A stretch of 64,000 nucleotides of DNA from Basidiobolus meristosporus CBS 931.73 (GCA_002104905.1 MCFE01000444.1:1-64000), one strand, 5' to 3'; counted from the first letter of the stretch, positions 24,275-38,364 are shown. Numbers and translations: made by a program. The notes: generated by a model not told the origin, from the letters alone.

Positions 24275-26929
24275 ATCAACCTTCTTAGGGTCTAAGGTCA
24301 CTCCTGTGCTAGTCACTATATGTCCCAGGTATTCAATGTGTACCTTGAAGAATTTACACTTGGCTAGCTTGCCATATAGCTTGTTCTCTCTTAGTCTCTT
24401 CAAGACCTTTTCAATGTGCACCATGTGATCCTTTTCTGTCTTGCTGTATGTCAATATGTCATCCAGGTAGATTATCACAAACTTGTCCAAGTACTCCTGA
24501 AAGACAGTCTGCATCAGCGTCATGAATGTTGCAGGGGCATTAGTGAGGCCAAAACTCATGACTAAGTACTTGTAATGTCCATATCTGGTCCTGAATGCTG
24601 TCTTAGGGATATCTTCTGGTTTCACCCTAATCTGGTTGTATCCTGACATGAGGTCAATCTTGCTGAAAATAGTGGCTCCATTAGGTTGGTCCAAAAGCTC
24701 ATCAATCCAAGGTATGGGGTACTTATTCTTGACGGTAACTGAGTTCAGGGCTCTGTAATCAATGCACATCCTAAGTGTTCCATCCTTCTTTTTCACAAAA
24801 AGCACTGGTGCTCCCCAGGGTGACTTGCTGGGCCTGATGTATCCTTGCTCCAATAGCTGATCAATTTGTCTCTTCATTTCCTCCAATTCCAATGGGCTCA
24901 TTCTGTAAGGTGTCTTGCTCACTGGAGGGCTATCACCTGTGTCAATGGCATGATCCACGTCTCTGACTAGTGGTAGGCTTACAAGCTCATCTGGAAACAC
25001 GTCTGAGTATTTCTTCAAGAGAGTCTGGACCTGCTGGGGTGCTGGGGTAGAGGAATCCTCCTGTAATACCACCATGAGGAACATCTGAGTACCTTTTCTA
25101 AGCGCTCTACAGAATTGGGTCTTGCTAAGTTCACTTGTCTCGCACATACTGGAATTGACCAAGTTGAAATCCAGCCTGGCAGGTAATAGCTCATAGGTCT
25201 TGTTGTTCTTTTGGAGCTGAGTAGCATGGGTTCTCCAGTTGATTGATGGATTACAACAAAATAGCCAGGTTTTCCAAGTACAAGGTCAAACTTGCAGTTC
25301 CCAAATATATAAGCCTTTAGGTCTTCTTCATAGTCATTGATCTTCATTCTTACTGGCTGAGTAATACGGTTGATTATGTGAGAGTTCCCATCAGCTGTTG
25401 AGACTGAAGTTGATTTGGTAGGTTCTGAGTTGATCCCAGCTTTCAGAGCAAATTGCTCTGACATGTACTCATGCAATGCTCCTGAGTCAATCATGATCTT
25501 GGCAGGTACTCCATTGATTACTCCATTCAGGTATAATAGCTTTCCTGAGTTTGAGGTCATGTGGGATAGGTATTCTTCTGTCATGTGGAAGGTGAGTTCT
25601 GAGTCTTCTTCAAGTTCATCCTTCATGTTACTATGCTCCATGGCCTCAATACGGTTAAAGGTTCTTGATGTCTGGTGTCCATTTCTTCTCTGAGGGCAGT
25701 ACTTTGCAATATGTCCTTGCTGGTGGCAATTGAAGCAAAGTCCTTTCTTCTTACATTCTTCCAAGGCAGGATTCTTCTGCATAGCATCTATTTCCATTGG
25801 TACTGCTTCCAACTGTCTTCTTTCATAATGATTGTAACCTTTCTGATTAGTCACTGTAGGCTTCCCAACTCCAATATAGCTGAGTCATAGTCAATGGCAA
25901 TCTTGATGGCTTCTTCAATAGTCTGAGGTCTTTGATAATTCACTTCCTTGCAAGTTCTTTCTTTCAACCCATCAATAAAGTATTCAGCTTGATCCAGGGG
26001 GTCCATTCTTTCAATTTGTCCAAGTAGACATCTGTACTCATTTATGTATTCTTGAACCATTCCTTTCTGTCTGAGTGTCTTTAACTTCCTTCTTAGTAGT
26101 GTCTGCTGGTGTGGAGGTTCAAAAGCATCCTGAATTTCTGACACAAACTCATCCCAGGTAGAGATTGTAGAGCATCCCATCATGGTGGCTGATCGGATCT
26201 TGGTGTGTACCACTGTAAGGCTGCATCTGCCAGGTAGGAAGCTGCATAATGCAACTTGCTTTCTGGAGCAATTCCTTTAGCTTTAAAAGCTTCTTCAATC
26301 TGAAAGAGCCAAGTTCCAGGTTTTCATTGACTCTGCCATGGTGCTGGTTGACCTTCACACTAAAGTTGCTCTTGACAGGGCTTTGCTGGCTCTGAGCCAT
26401 GGTAGTCATTCCTTGTTGCTGTTGGCTGAGGATCTGGAGTAACTGTTGCTGTTGGGCCAGGATTTGCTGCATGGCATTCTTCCATTCTTGATTGTCCAAC
26501 ATCTTGAGGGTGGTTTCTTCTTTCTTCAGGAGGGAGGTTTTTGGTTATTGCTGCTACCAATGTTACAAGTCTTGGTATAAGAGTTGTAGAAGAATAGGGA
26601 GTTTAGCCAGTATTGTATTCACTAAAACTTGAACTGATCTTTATTGAGGTTCCAGCAGCTCCTTATATACATTTTGCCAGATCAATTGCTGACTAATTGT
26701 ATTTCCTAATGTAGGTTGTGGCTGATGACTTGTTTGATTGCATCATCATCACCCAATAAGATTCCACTTTATATATCTATTTTTGTCTGATAAGGATCTG
26801 CTGATTCATTTGCTTACTAATGTTACTGATATGATAGATAATACTGATATACTGATAACCTAAACATATAACTAATTGATTTGACTAAAAACTGATCTAA
26901 CTTAAATATTCAGGTGGCAGATCATAACA
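24275..26929 (-). mobile_element. Ty3/gypsy G1 copy 2 (5' LTR, gag, PR, RT; truncated in the RT connection region)
   Basis: LTR 26561-26929 with TGTTA...TAACA, PBS TTGGTAGCAGC, CCHC knuckle, DSGA and YLDD. Closely similar to copy 1. Confidence 0.93.
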
Positions 26930-27493
26930 AAAGCACCAAAATCCAATAAAATCTAGTTGTTCTAACTTCTGTAAGAAGCTCAGACACTGGCAAGAAAATG
27001 AAAGAAGATATAAGCAGATGAAAAAAGAGAGTAGAGCAGGCAAGCCGTATAACTACCAAAGAGCAGTTATTGGTAACTTTACAAGAAATTGCAAGTAACT
27101 CAAGTAGTGAATAATATATTGACCCTGGAGAAGCAGAGCATATTTCCAGTATAAAGGAATGGTTTGCAACAGAAAGACTCTTCCTGTAAGAAAGGTTTAT
27201 CTGGGAGACAACTCCACACTGGAAGCTACAACTAGTGGGTCTATACAGCTAAATGATAGTAATTTCTCAGCGGCAACAACAGCAAAACTGACTGACATAC
27301 TCTATGTACCTGAAATAGCCAAGAACCTGCTCTCAGTTGGTAAATCAACTACTCAGGGACTGATATTTGCTTTTACACAGCCAAGCTGCTCAATAAAGAG
27401 TGAAAATGGACAAAAAAATAGCTTTGGGAATCAGATATTGTAATAAGTACAAGTGACTTTGCAAGATCATTGTACCTGAGTCTGGCAACATTG
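26930..27493 (+). mobile_element. CopA fragment (zinc knuckle to protease)
   Basis: RKVYLGDNSTLEATTSGSIQL...TDILYVPEIAKNLLSV matches CopA. Confidence 0.8.
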
Positions 27494-27920
27494 CTGGGAC
27501 ACATAGAGACTTGCACAGGGTTAACCTTAGATCCCAAGAAAGTGGAAGTTAGCAAGAATCTGAAGCAGCCCCATAGTATTTCAGAGCTCAGATCATTTCT
27601 TGCATTTTCTCCTGTTATTAGAGAGTTGTCAAAACCTTTGCAAGTATTGCAGCCCCATTGACTGCTGTCCTCAATAAAGACAACACCTTGAAGTGGGACA
27701 AAGTCCATGAGACTGCCTTTTAGATGCTCAAGAATGAACATGCAAAGCTACATAATGGATATGGACATCTCAGAGCTCAGGGAATCTATAGACTTTTAAA
27801 AGCTAGACAATGGTGGCCCAGAATGAAACAGCCATAACACTTTAGAACTGATGGAGTCACTGAGCAGCACAATTAATTATTTGAAAAAATACTGACCTAG
27901 TATGCCAATGGTGCTGTCAG
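27494..27920 (+). mobile_element. Older G1-related gypsy fragment (RT connection plus integrase remnants)
   Basis: LGHI...TLDPKKVEV.KNLKQPHSISELRSFL, then HNGYGHL...RQWWPRMK and TDGVTEQHN (integrase-like). Confidence 0.7.
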
Positions 27921-30780
27921 TGTTGCAACTAAAGATGTGATTTGGATATCAGGAACTTATAAAGATATAGTGATAATAGTTGAACTGTTATCTTTTCATA
28001 TAGAAGCTCAGTATTTATACCTTTGTAGAAGTAATACAACTGTAACACTAAGAAAGGGGGGCTTCTCAACATTCCAGAGCAATCTATAACAGTTTCAGGG
28101 TTAATACATAATATTTGGTAAAAGTGCTAATTTGATCTTGATTGTAGGGGAATAATCATAAGATCATAGATCTGCAGAAAGTGGTAAAGTTAGGACTGTA
28201 GGTTAGTCCCACAGTGATCCAGAGTAGTCTAGAATTGATTTGTAAGTTATCAGATCCTAATTTATTCCAAAAAATTCAAATTTTCAACACTCCCCCTCAA
28301 TAAATAATTTCTCAATCCTAATTCCTCTCTGATATTCTCAAATTATGGCCTGGTTAGTGGTATTATCAACATATATACCACCATTTTGTCAATTGGGCAG
28401 TCAACTAGCTCTACTAAGCTGCTTTCCACAGCTTCCCTCACAAAGCAGTGTTGTATACCAATGTGCTTAGTTCTGGCATGACTTGTAGAATTCCCAGCTA
28501 GTGAAATACAACTTTGAGTATCCTTGTCATAACATGTTGGCTCATTTGAATCAAAACCTAAGTCTTTGAATAATTTTTGTAGCTATAAAGCCCTGTCAAT
28601 TGCTTGACAAGCAGCCATATACTCAGCCTCAGTTTTAGATTGGGCTACAGTGGTTTGTTTCTTACAACTACAAGTAATAGCTGCACTTGCATAAAGAAAT
28701 AAATACCCAGTGGTAGAGCATCTGTGAATCTGATCCCTACCCCAATCTATATTGCTATGACTGTCATATTTTGCCAATTAGCTGCTCTAGAGTATTCTAG
28801 TATCATATTTCTGGTACCTTATTGACATTTGAAAAACCGCTTAACTGCTATCATTTGATCTGACCCATAATATTGCAAGAACAAACTGCCTAGTCCAGCT
28901 GCCACTGCAATATCTAGACATGTAAATACCATCAAGTACATCAGACTGCTGACTATTGATTGATTGGGAGAGTTTTGTCCGTAATTCAGCCATTTTCATC
29001 TAAAACTGACTGATATTTGCTCAGCTAAAGTCTAGACCCTGGATCTGGCAATAGCCTTTAGCCATTAATATAGCATTTTACTTACCAATGGTACTATTTG
29101 AGGTAACATCAATCCTATAGATCCATATCTATCCTGTTGGCTTTCTCCCATTTGGTAAATATACCAGTTCCCAATTTTTGCCCTGCTACTTGTGGTACTC
29201 CTCCTGTATGGATTTTTGCTACATAGTAGCATCTAGACTTTGCTTTGCCTGTTCTAGACTCTGAGATTTAGCACATAAGGCAAGATAAGCTTCTTCATGA
29301 TCATTGGACATCTGCCTCCAGGATCCAGGGGCATTTCTTATACTGGCAAGTCTCCTAACTGGGATAATCTGCTCCAATCTCAAATAAAAATAATTATCTT
29401 CCATATCAGGATTTTGCATTAGCGTTGATTGCATCATCAGGTAGCTGGCCAATGGTTGCAGTGGCTTTCTGATCTTAATTCTCCTCAAATACAATGTGCT
29501 GCTCTTCATCAACTTCCAAATTTTGCTATCATTTACTCTATATGCTCCAGTATCCTCAAAATACCCAAGAAAGTTCCCTTATCTACTTGTTGGTTCCACT
29601 TTGAGCATCTTATATATGCTTCAAAGAGTAAAGTCCCAGAGTGCTGTTGTTAGGCATGCATTTGTGATGTATTCTGCAGTAGCAACACATTAGGCCCAAA
29701 ACTTGTAGTCCACTCCCTTATGATATGGTATAAGTCTTCCCACCTCTACTAGTGCCCTATTTGAAACATTCTATTACTTTATTTTGCTGTAGAGTATGTG
29801 TGACAGTGATGTGAGGAAGTATACCAGTAGATGAGCAGTACTCTGCAACCTCCTTTCAGCAGTACTCCCCTCCATTGTTGCTTTGAAGTACATTCAGTTT
29901 ACACACAGTTTGGGGTTCTGTCAAGTTCTTGAAGTACTTACGCATCCCCAAGGCCACATTCTTTTCTGTGAGGAAGTACACTCATGTATATCTTGTGCTG
30001 TCATTAATAAATGTCATAAAGTATCTTTTGGCTCCAAAGGACAGTGTTCTCATGGGGCTGCATATGTCTGCATGCACAATTGCCCATATTTTGGCAGTGT
30101 TCATGCCTCCTGAGCTCCTGAAATGTTACCTAGCTTGTTTGCCATATGAGCAACCCTTACAGACATTTAATTTGATTGGAATTGAGTAATCTGGGCTCAA
30201 AACTAGTGGACTTTCACCAACTGGCTCATTTTGGTTCCTCAATATATCTTAGCCTCCTATGACATGTCTCCAAGCCAGTTTTATTTGTTTCAGCAATATT
30301 GACATATCCAGGTACAATGATCTTGCATTGCAACTTGTATATAGTGCGCTTTCTGATCCCTAAAGCTAACTCTGTCCACTTATTCTTATTATTGAACAGC
30401 TTGGCTTAGTAAAAGCAAATTTCAGTACCTGAGTAATTGCTTTACTGACTGAGAGTAGGTTCCTAGCTTTTCCAGGCACATAGAGGTCATGAGGCAGTAT
30501 TGATGTAGTTACCCCTGAGGTACCAGTCATATGTAGCACTATAGGCCCACTGTTGGTAGCTTCCAGTGAAGTGTTTTCTCCCAGATAAACCTTTCTTGTA
30601 GGAATAGTCATTGCATTGCTGAACCACTCCTTTATGCTTTAAATATGCTGTAATGCTCCAGAGTCAAAATGCCTTTCATTTCTTCAGCTACTTGCACTTT
30701 CTTGTACAGTTACTAAGAACTGTTCATCAGTAGATATATGGATTGCCTGCGCTAGTTTCTGTTTTTAGTCTGCTTATTTC

Positions 30781-33664
30781 TGATGAAATAGCAGAAGTCC
30801 ATCTAATTATTAATAAATTATGAGCTAGCACTTAGTTATTTGACATATATCAGAGTATTAACTTAGAAATTAGTTGGTAAAATATTTGCTAATTATTAGA
30901 AATTAGTGAAGTACAGAATTTTAGCAAGATCTGAAACTTGTCCAAATGCGCTGAGACTTGGCATATCTACTCCTTAGACTCCCTTAATAATGAACAAATA
31001 GTCACAGATATATAGTTCAGCAATAGGTATAAACACTGTGATGCAACTCAATAATTCAACAAGCAAATATCATGTAAATATTCCAAATCTCCATTTTACT
31101 TCCAATATATCTCTCAAATGTTTTGAAATGATGTGAGCCCCAAGCTTGCTATATCTTGGGTGTCTACTTTTCTTCAGTGCTGTGTCTTTATTCTGGAGAA
31201 AAATTGCCTTGTCTACCTGAAGTTACAAAAGATAGAATAGTACTGCCATTGCAAAGAGCTGCTAAGTAGGATATATTACTATGGAAAGAGAGACATTTGC
31301 CTTTAAAGAAGACATTGAGAGAAGAAAGAGGTCATAAGTTGAGGAGACCATGCTAGGCAAATCTCAAATTATCCCTAACTTGCAAACTTTAGAGTGGTAT
31401 GCACAATATGACAGTGGTACTATTTCTTGTGCCAATGATCCTGAAGCTCTGTGAGACATCTGATAGACACATTTTATGTCTACATTAAGTATCAGACACA
31501 GTTGGAGGAAATATATCCAAAAATATCTGAACATGGAATTTCTACCACCATCAACAAAAGTGCTACTGGAGATCCTGACCAAAGTATATGCATAAAAAAT
31601 CCATATATAGTGTGGAGAATATATGAGATACTATTTAGGAATGTACCAGTTGCCCTATACTGGTACATATATCACTTTGGATCTAGTGATTGCTGATCAT
31701 AAATACCAACATGGATCAGATGTTAATCTTGCTATTATGATCCAATCAGTTTACTTGCAGCTCCCAGCTATAGACCACACTTTAGTATGTAATAGCTGCT
31801 ACCAAGATGCTCAGAGCAATGGCTTTTTAAGGCATGTTATATCAGATTTAAGTTGATGGCCAATTTGGATGAAACATCTGAATACAAGTGCTCTGCAGAC
31901 AGGAGGCTTCTGAGCACTCTAGAGGATCTGACAGGCTTTAGATATGCTAACTGCATGATCCAGATCTAGATCAACAAGGAACACTCAGCAAAAAGCATTT
32001 TCACTACCCAATATGGAACAAAAACCTACCTCCATTGGATGTAAGGTTCTAAATGGAGTTAGGTGATACCTAGGCCAGATTTGGACTATCTAGCACACTA
32101 CAAATGATCCAGCAACCTATCACACAAGGATAATCAAATACTGATGTTTGGAAAGCAGAAGAAATGCTCATGAGAAAGTACACCCACAGAGGCAACATAG
32201 ATATTACAGTGAACAACAAAGTCAGCTTCCTTGCAGCTGGAGCTAGAAAAGTAGTACCAAGAGCTAACCTAAGGGTTATAATGGATGCAGAAGAACATGG
32301 GTCTGTCCATTTGCACTGTCAACTGAGCCCAATGCTGGGATATTCTATCAAAAGTACCAGTGGCATACAAGGGCTGTTTTGGTATATTTATGCAATTGGA
32401 AAGTGCCAACTCCAGTTGTATCATTTAAGTGCAATGATATATATGAGAACCTATCTATCCTGCTTAGGATGAAGCCTCTATGAGCTGCTACTAATCTGGC
32501 CGTGGTACTCTGTGATACCAAATTAACCCTATCAAGAAATAAACAGAAGCTCAGAGTATGTAACAGAGACTTTAGTCCCAGAAAGTTATTCCTAGATTAG
32601 GAGGATATATATGATCTATGCAGTCTATTTCATAAGGTGGGAAGCAGTAGAAGACATAGCATCAGTGGGAGTACAATACCCCAGATCAGGAATGAAGAGT
32701 TTGAAGTCCAAATGCCATCGAAAGCACTGGTCCAGCAGAAAAAACATTGAATCAGCTGGTGACAATCCAGGCTACCATAATGCTGGCCAGTTATTGCCTC
32801 TAACACATAATATATGGAATATGCAAGGAAAGTTATTAGTCAGATCCAGTTATAAATATATGGAGAACAGTCTGAGTGAAATAGACTACATACCAGAACT
32901 GTGGATGATCCAGATCCACTGGAAAGAAGCTACATCCTAACTTTGCAAGTTATAGACCTATTAGGGTCATATAAGATGCAGCAGAATACCTGAAAGCACA
33001 GCTACCTACTGGTACAGAGTATGACAGAATATGAAGAGTATCCAAAAGGCTTTACTCCAATCAAGTGGATGGTATTCAGTCATAGATACTTTGTGATAGA
33101 TCAAAGTTCAGACTCAAAGTAGTTTGATCTGAAGTATGTAATTATTAGTATTGGCTTATACTTTGTGATTGCAGATAATAATCAATCCCTAATACATATT
33201 GGAGAATATATTAGTCCAATAGGTTATATGATTTTTAGCAGGATTAGTTTCAACCAGAAGATACACAACACCACAGCAAGTTCATATGCACATAAATACA
33301 TTACTTCAGTGGGAATATTGAAATAATTAGAAGTCCACCTAATTATTAATAAATTTTGAGCTAACACTTAGTTATATGACATATATCAGAGTGTTAACTT
33401 AGAAGTCAGTTGGTAAGGTATATGCTAATTGTTAGAAATTAGTAATGTACAGAATTTTAGGAAAATCTGAAACTTGTCCAAGTGCGCCAAAAATTGGCAC
33501 ATGTATTCCTAAGACTCCCCTAATAATGAGCAAGTAGTTAAATGTATGTAGTTTTGCAATAAGTATATATACTGTGTTTGAACTCAATAAATCAATGAGT
33601 TAATATCATGCAAATCTTCTAATTTTGCATTTCACTTCCAATATATCTTTCTAATGTTTCAACA
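30781..33664 (+). mobile_element. Ty1/copia family C, two LTRs, highly degenerate interior (~2.9 kb)
   Basis: LTRs ~30781-31128 and 33316-33664 are clearly homologous. PBS-like tgatgtgagccc and purine PPT agtgggaa are present. TSD ATTTC at 30776-30780 and 33665-33669. Confidence 0.82.
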
Positions 33665-34237
33665 ATTTCTTGCATTCTCTTGCCCAGTCTCCTGGCTTCT
33701 TACAGTAGTAACAGCAACTAGGTTTCCTTTGGTTTTATTAGCTTTCCCTTGTTTTCTGGGTGCCTCTGTGAGCTGAATACAGCATTGTCTTCAATTGTTT
33801 CTTCTTATTCATTAGAGCTGCGTTCTTCATGGAGCAGTCTTGCTTTGACATAGTCTAATGTCAGATTGTACTCTGTGATTTCAAAAGAAAGTATGGGTGG
33901 CTAATCAGAGTATCTGTTGTTCATCATCAACACCAGCATTAGTACTGCCAAGTTTGTCTGCAAGTGTCTCCATTCTGATAATGAGTTGTAGCATGTCATT
34001 ATCTGGCTCCTTCCTCATGATGAAGAATTTTTGTTTTAAATAAAGCTTGTTTGAAGCTGACTTTGCGCCAAAGTTCTTCTCTAAGGATTCCCATGATGCA
34101 TTGGCAGTACTTGAAAAATGAATTTGTGTAACAAAGGAATCTTGCACATTGATACATATGGCATTAAAGGCCTTTTTCTCCTTCTCTTGAGACTTCTCCA
34201 CTTCTTCAGCCGTTCCTTTGGGCTCAAATTCTTTTCC

Positions 34238-37200
34238 TGTTGCAATTTAAGAAGTGATTTGGATATAAGGAACTTATCAAGAAATAGTGATAATAGTTGA
34301 AGTGTTGTTTATTCATAAAGAAGCTCAGTATTTATACCTTTGTAGAAGTAATACTGCTGCAACACTAAGTAGGGAGGGTTTCTCAATATTCAGGAGCATT
34401 CTGTAACAGTTTCAGGGTTAGTACATAATGTTTGGTAATAGTGCTAATTTGATCCTGACTATAGGGGAATAATCATAAGATCATATATCTGGAGAAAGTG
34501 GCAAAGTTAAGGGAGTAAATGAGTCCTACACTGACTAAGACTAGCCTAGAATTGTTAAGTAAATTTTTAGCTGCTGAATGATACCAAATAGTCCAATATT
34601 TCAACACTCCCCCTCAACTAAATAATTTCTTAATCCCAATCTCTCTCTAAGGATCTCAAACTGTGGCCTAGCTAGTGGTTTTGTCAATATGTCTGCCACC
34701 ATTTTGTCAGTTGGGCAGTAAACCAGCTCTACTAAGTTATTTTCTACAGCTTCCCTCACAAAGTGATGCTGTATATCAATGTGCTTAGTTCTGGCATGAC
34801 TAGTAGGATTTCTAGCTAATGAAATACAACTTTGATTATCCTTGTAAATACATGTTGGTTCACCTGAATTAAAACCTAAGTCTTTGAATAATTTTTGTAG
34901 CCATATAGCCCCCTTAGTTGCTTGACATGCAGCCATATATTCGGCTTCAGTTGTAGATAGTGCCACAGTTAGTTGTTTCTTGCAATTCCAAGTAATAGCT
35001 GCACCAGCATAAAGAAATACATAGCCTGTGGTAGAGCGTCTGTCAATCAAATCCCTACCCCAATCTGAATCACTATAACCATCAAATTTTTGCCCATTAG
35101 CTGCTCCAGAGTATTCCAGTACCATATTTATGGTACCTTGTAGATATCTGAAAATCCGCTTAACTGCTGCAATTTGATCTGATCCAAAATTCTGCATGAA
35201 TTGACCGACTATTCCAACTGCTACTGCAATAACTGGACATGTAGACACCATCAAGTACATTAGGCTACCGACCATTGATTGATAGGGAAAGTTTTGGTCC
35301 ATATTTGAGCTGTTTTCATCTATAACTGGCTGAGATTTGCTTAATTTCAGGTTATTGTCCATAGGGGTTGCTGCAGGCTTGCAATTTTCCATTTTGAAGC
35401 GTCTAAGAGTGTCCCTGATGCACTTAGACTGATTCAGCACAATTTTCTGCGTAGGTATGTCAAATTTGACCTCAATTCCAAGAAAATAGCTCAATTTTCC
35501 AAGATCTTTCATCTCAAACTTGCTGAAGAGATCTGATTTTGTCTGTTTAAGTGCCTCTTGATCACTTGTAGCTATAATTAGGTCATCCACATAAAGAACT
35601 AGGATGATCACACCCTTTTTGAGCTGTTTCACATATATACTGTGATCTGCAGTGCTACAAGAGAACCCAATTTCCTCTAGATATGTGTCAATCTTGTTAT
35701 ACCATGCTCTGGGTGCCTGCTTAAGCCCATACAACGATTTTCTAAGTTTGCACACCTTATGGGGCTTTTTGAAAAAAACCTTCTGGTTGCTCCATATATA
35801 TAGTTTCTTGCAAATCCCCATTTAGAAAGGCTGTTTTGACGTCCATTTGGTGTAGATCTAGACTGTGTACAGCTGCCAGGGCTAGAACTGTCCTAATAGA
35901 GTTAAACTTGGTAACCGGAGCAAATGTTTCCTTAAAGTCTAGTCCCTGGATCTGGGAATAGCCTTTAGCTACCAATCTAGCCTTGTACTTATCAACAGCA
36001 CCATTTGAGGTTATCTTGATCTTGTAGACCCATCTACATCCTATTGGCTTTCTCCCATTTGGTAAATCTACCAGTTCCCACGTTTTTGCCTTGATCAGTG
36101 ATTGGTACTCCTCCTGCATGGCTTGTTGCCACTTATTAGCATCTGGACCTTGCATTGCCTGTTCCAGATTCTGAGGTTTGGCACATAAGGCAAGATAAGC
36201 TTCTTCATGATCATAGGATGTCTGCCACCAGGATCCAAGGGCATTTCTTGTTCTGGTAGATCTCCTAACTGGGATAATCTGTTCTGATCTGGAACTGGTA
36301 GAAGTATCTTCCATCTCTGGCTGGATTTGGTACGTATCTTCTTCATTTGTGTTGATTGCATCATCAGGCAGCTGGCCAATGATTTCTGTGGCTTTCTGAT
36401 CTGAATTCTCCTCAAATACAACGTCCCTGCTCTTGATCAGCTTCTGAATTTCGCCATCATACACTCTATACCCTTTAGTATCTTCACAATACCCAAGAAA
36501 GATCCCTTTTCTACTCTTTGGTTCCAACCTTGAGCGTTTTTTGTCAGGGATGTGATAAAAAACATCACTGCCAAAGATCCTGAGGTGCTGGAGATCTGGT
36601 TTTTTGCCTGTATATGCTTCAAAGGGTGTAGAATCACGTAGTGCTGTTGTTGGGCATCTGTTCTTGATGTATACAGCGGTAGCAACAGATTCCGCCCAAA
36701 ACTTTTAGTCCATTCCCTTATCATGTAGCATAGATCTTCCCATCTCTACTATTGTTCTATTTGCACGTTCTGCTACTCCATTTTGCTGTGGAGTATGAGG
36801 AACTGTGGTCTGTTGAAGTATACCAGTAGACAAGCAGTACTTTGCAAACTGGCTTAGTAAAAACAAATTTCAGTCCCTGTGTAGTTGCTTTACTGACTGA
36901 GAGTAGGTTCTTAGCTATTCCAGGTACATAGAGTACGTCAGTCAGTTTTGCTGTTGTTGCCCCTGAGTTATCACTCATATTTAGTTGTATAGACCCACTG
37001 GCGGTAGCTTCCAATGCAGAGTTATCTCCCAGATAAACCTTTCTTACGGGAATAGTCTTTAAGTTGCTGAACCAATCCTTTATACCACAAATATGCTGTG
37101 ATGCTCCAGAGTCAATATACCATTCATTACTTTCGTTACTTGCACTCTCTTGTACAGTGACAAATAACTGTTCATCAGTAGTTATATGGTTTGCCTGCTC

Positions 37201-38364
37201 TAGTTTCTGTTTTTTGTCTGCTTGTTTCTTCTTGCATTCTCTTGCCCAGTGTCCTGGCTTCTTACAGTAGTTATAGCAGCCAGGTTTTCTTCGGTTTTGT
37301 TGCTTTCCCTTCTTTTCTGTATGCCTTTCTGAACTAAATAAAGCATTATCTTCAATTTTCTCTGCTTGATCATTATGTCTGAGTTCTTCATGGAGAAGTC
37401 TTCCTTTGACATAGTCTAAAGTCAAGTTGTCTTCTCTGCTTTCAAAAGAAAGTATGAGTGGCTCATACTTGTCTGGTAGGCTGCAAAGCAGACAGAGTAT
37501 CTTTTCTTCATCATCTACACCAGCATTAATACTGTAAAGTTCTTCTGCAAGTGTCTCCATTCTGGTAATGAGTTGTAGCATGTCATCATCTGGCTTTTTT
37601 CTCATGTTGAAGAACTTTTGTTTCAAATACAGCTTGCTTGATACTGACTTTGCTCTAAAGATCTTCTCTAAGGATTCCCATGCTGCTTTGGCAGTATTTG
37701 AGGCATGGATTTGTCCAATGAAGGAGTCTTGCACATTGATGCATATTGCATTGAAGGCCTTTCTCTCCTTCTCTTGAAACTTCTCCACATCTTCTGCTGT
37801 TCCTTTGGGCTCAACTTCATTTCCTGTTACTATGTTCCAAAGCTTTCTTTCCTCAAGGTGGATCTGCATCTTGATTCTCCAAAGTCTGTAGTTCTTCCCA
37901 TCAAACCTCTCCTTTATAGGGAAGATGTTGGTATTGCTTTGTTTGCTGGTAGAAGTCATCTTTAGAAAAGATTAAGGCAATCGGGGCTCATAACCTGTTG
38001 CAATTTAAGAAGTGATTTGGATATAAGGAACTTATCAAGAAATAGTGATAATAGTTGAAGTGTTGTTTATTCATAAAGAAGCTCAGTATTTATACCTTTG
38101 TAGAAGTAATACTGCTGCAACACTAAGTAGGGAGGGTTTCTCAATATTCAGGAGCATTCTGTAACAGTTTCAGGGTTAGTACATAATGTTTGGTAATAGT
38201 GCTAATTTGATCCTGACTATAGGGGAATAATCATAAGATCATATATCTGGAGAAAGTGGCAAAGTTAAGGGAGTAAATGAGTCCTACACTGACTAAGACT
38301 AGCCTAGAATTGTTAAGTAAATTTTTAGCTGCTGAATGATACCAAATAGTCCAATATTTCAACA
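34238..38364 (-). mobile_element. Young, non-autonomous Ty1/copia CopA (4127 bp)
   Basis: 369-bp LTRs (34238-34606, 37996-38364) with no difference found by eye; TSD TTTCC; PBS GGTTATGAGCCC; PPT GAGGGGGAG. Motifs: gag CNYCKKPGHWAREC, PR WYIDSGAS, INT QNGVAERANR, RT LYVDDLII, RNase H ADILTK. About 560 bp of integrase is deleted, with one stop and one frameshift. Confidence 0.97.

Noticed and set aside
24275-27750. Inversion joining G1 copy 2 to the + strand gypsy fragment at 27494, which starts where copy 2 ends
   Set aside because: In the ~55-bp overlap the two differ at many positions, far more than G1 copies 1 and 2 differ from each other. The fragment therefore comes from an older relative.
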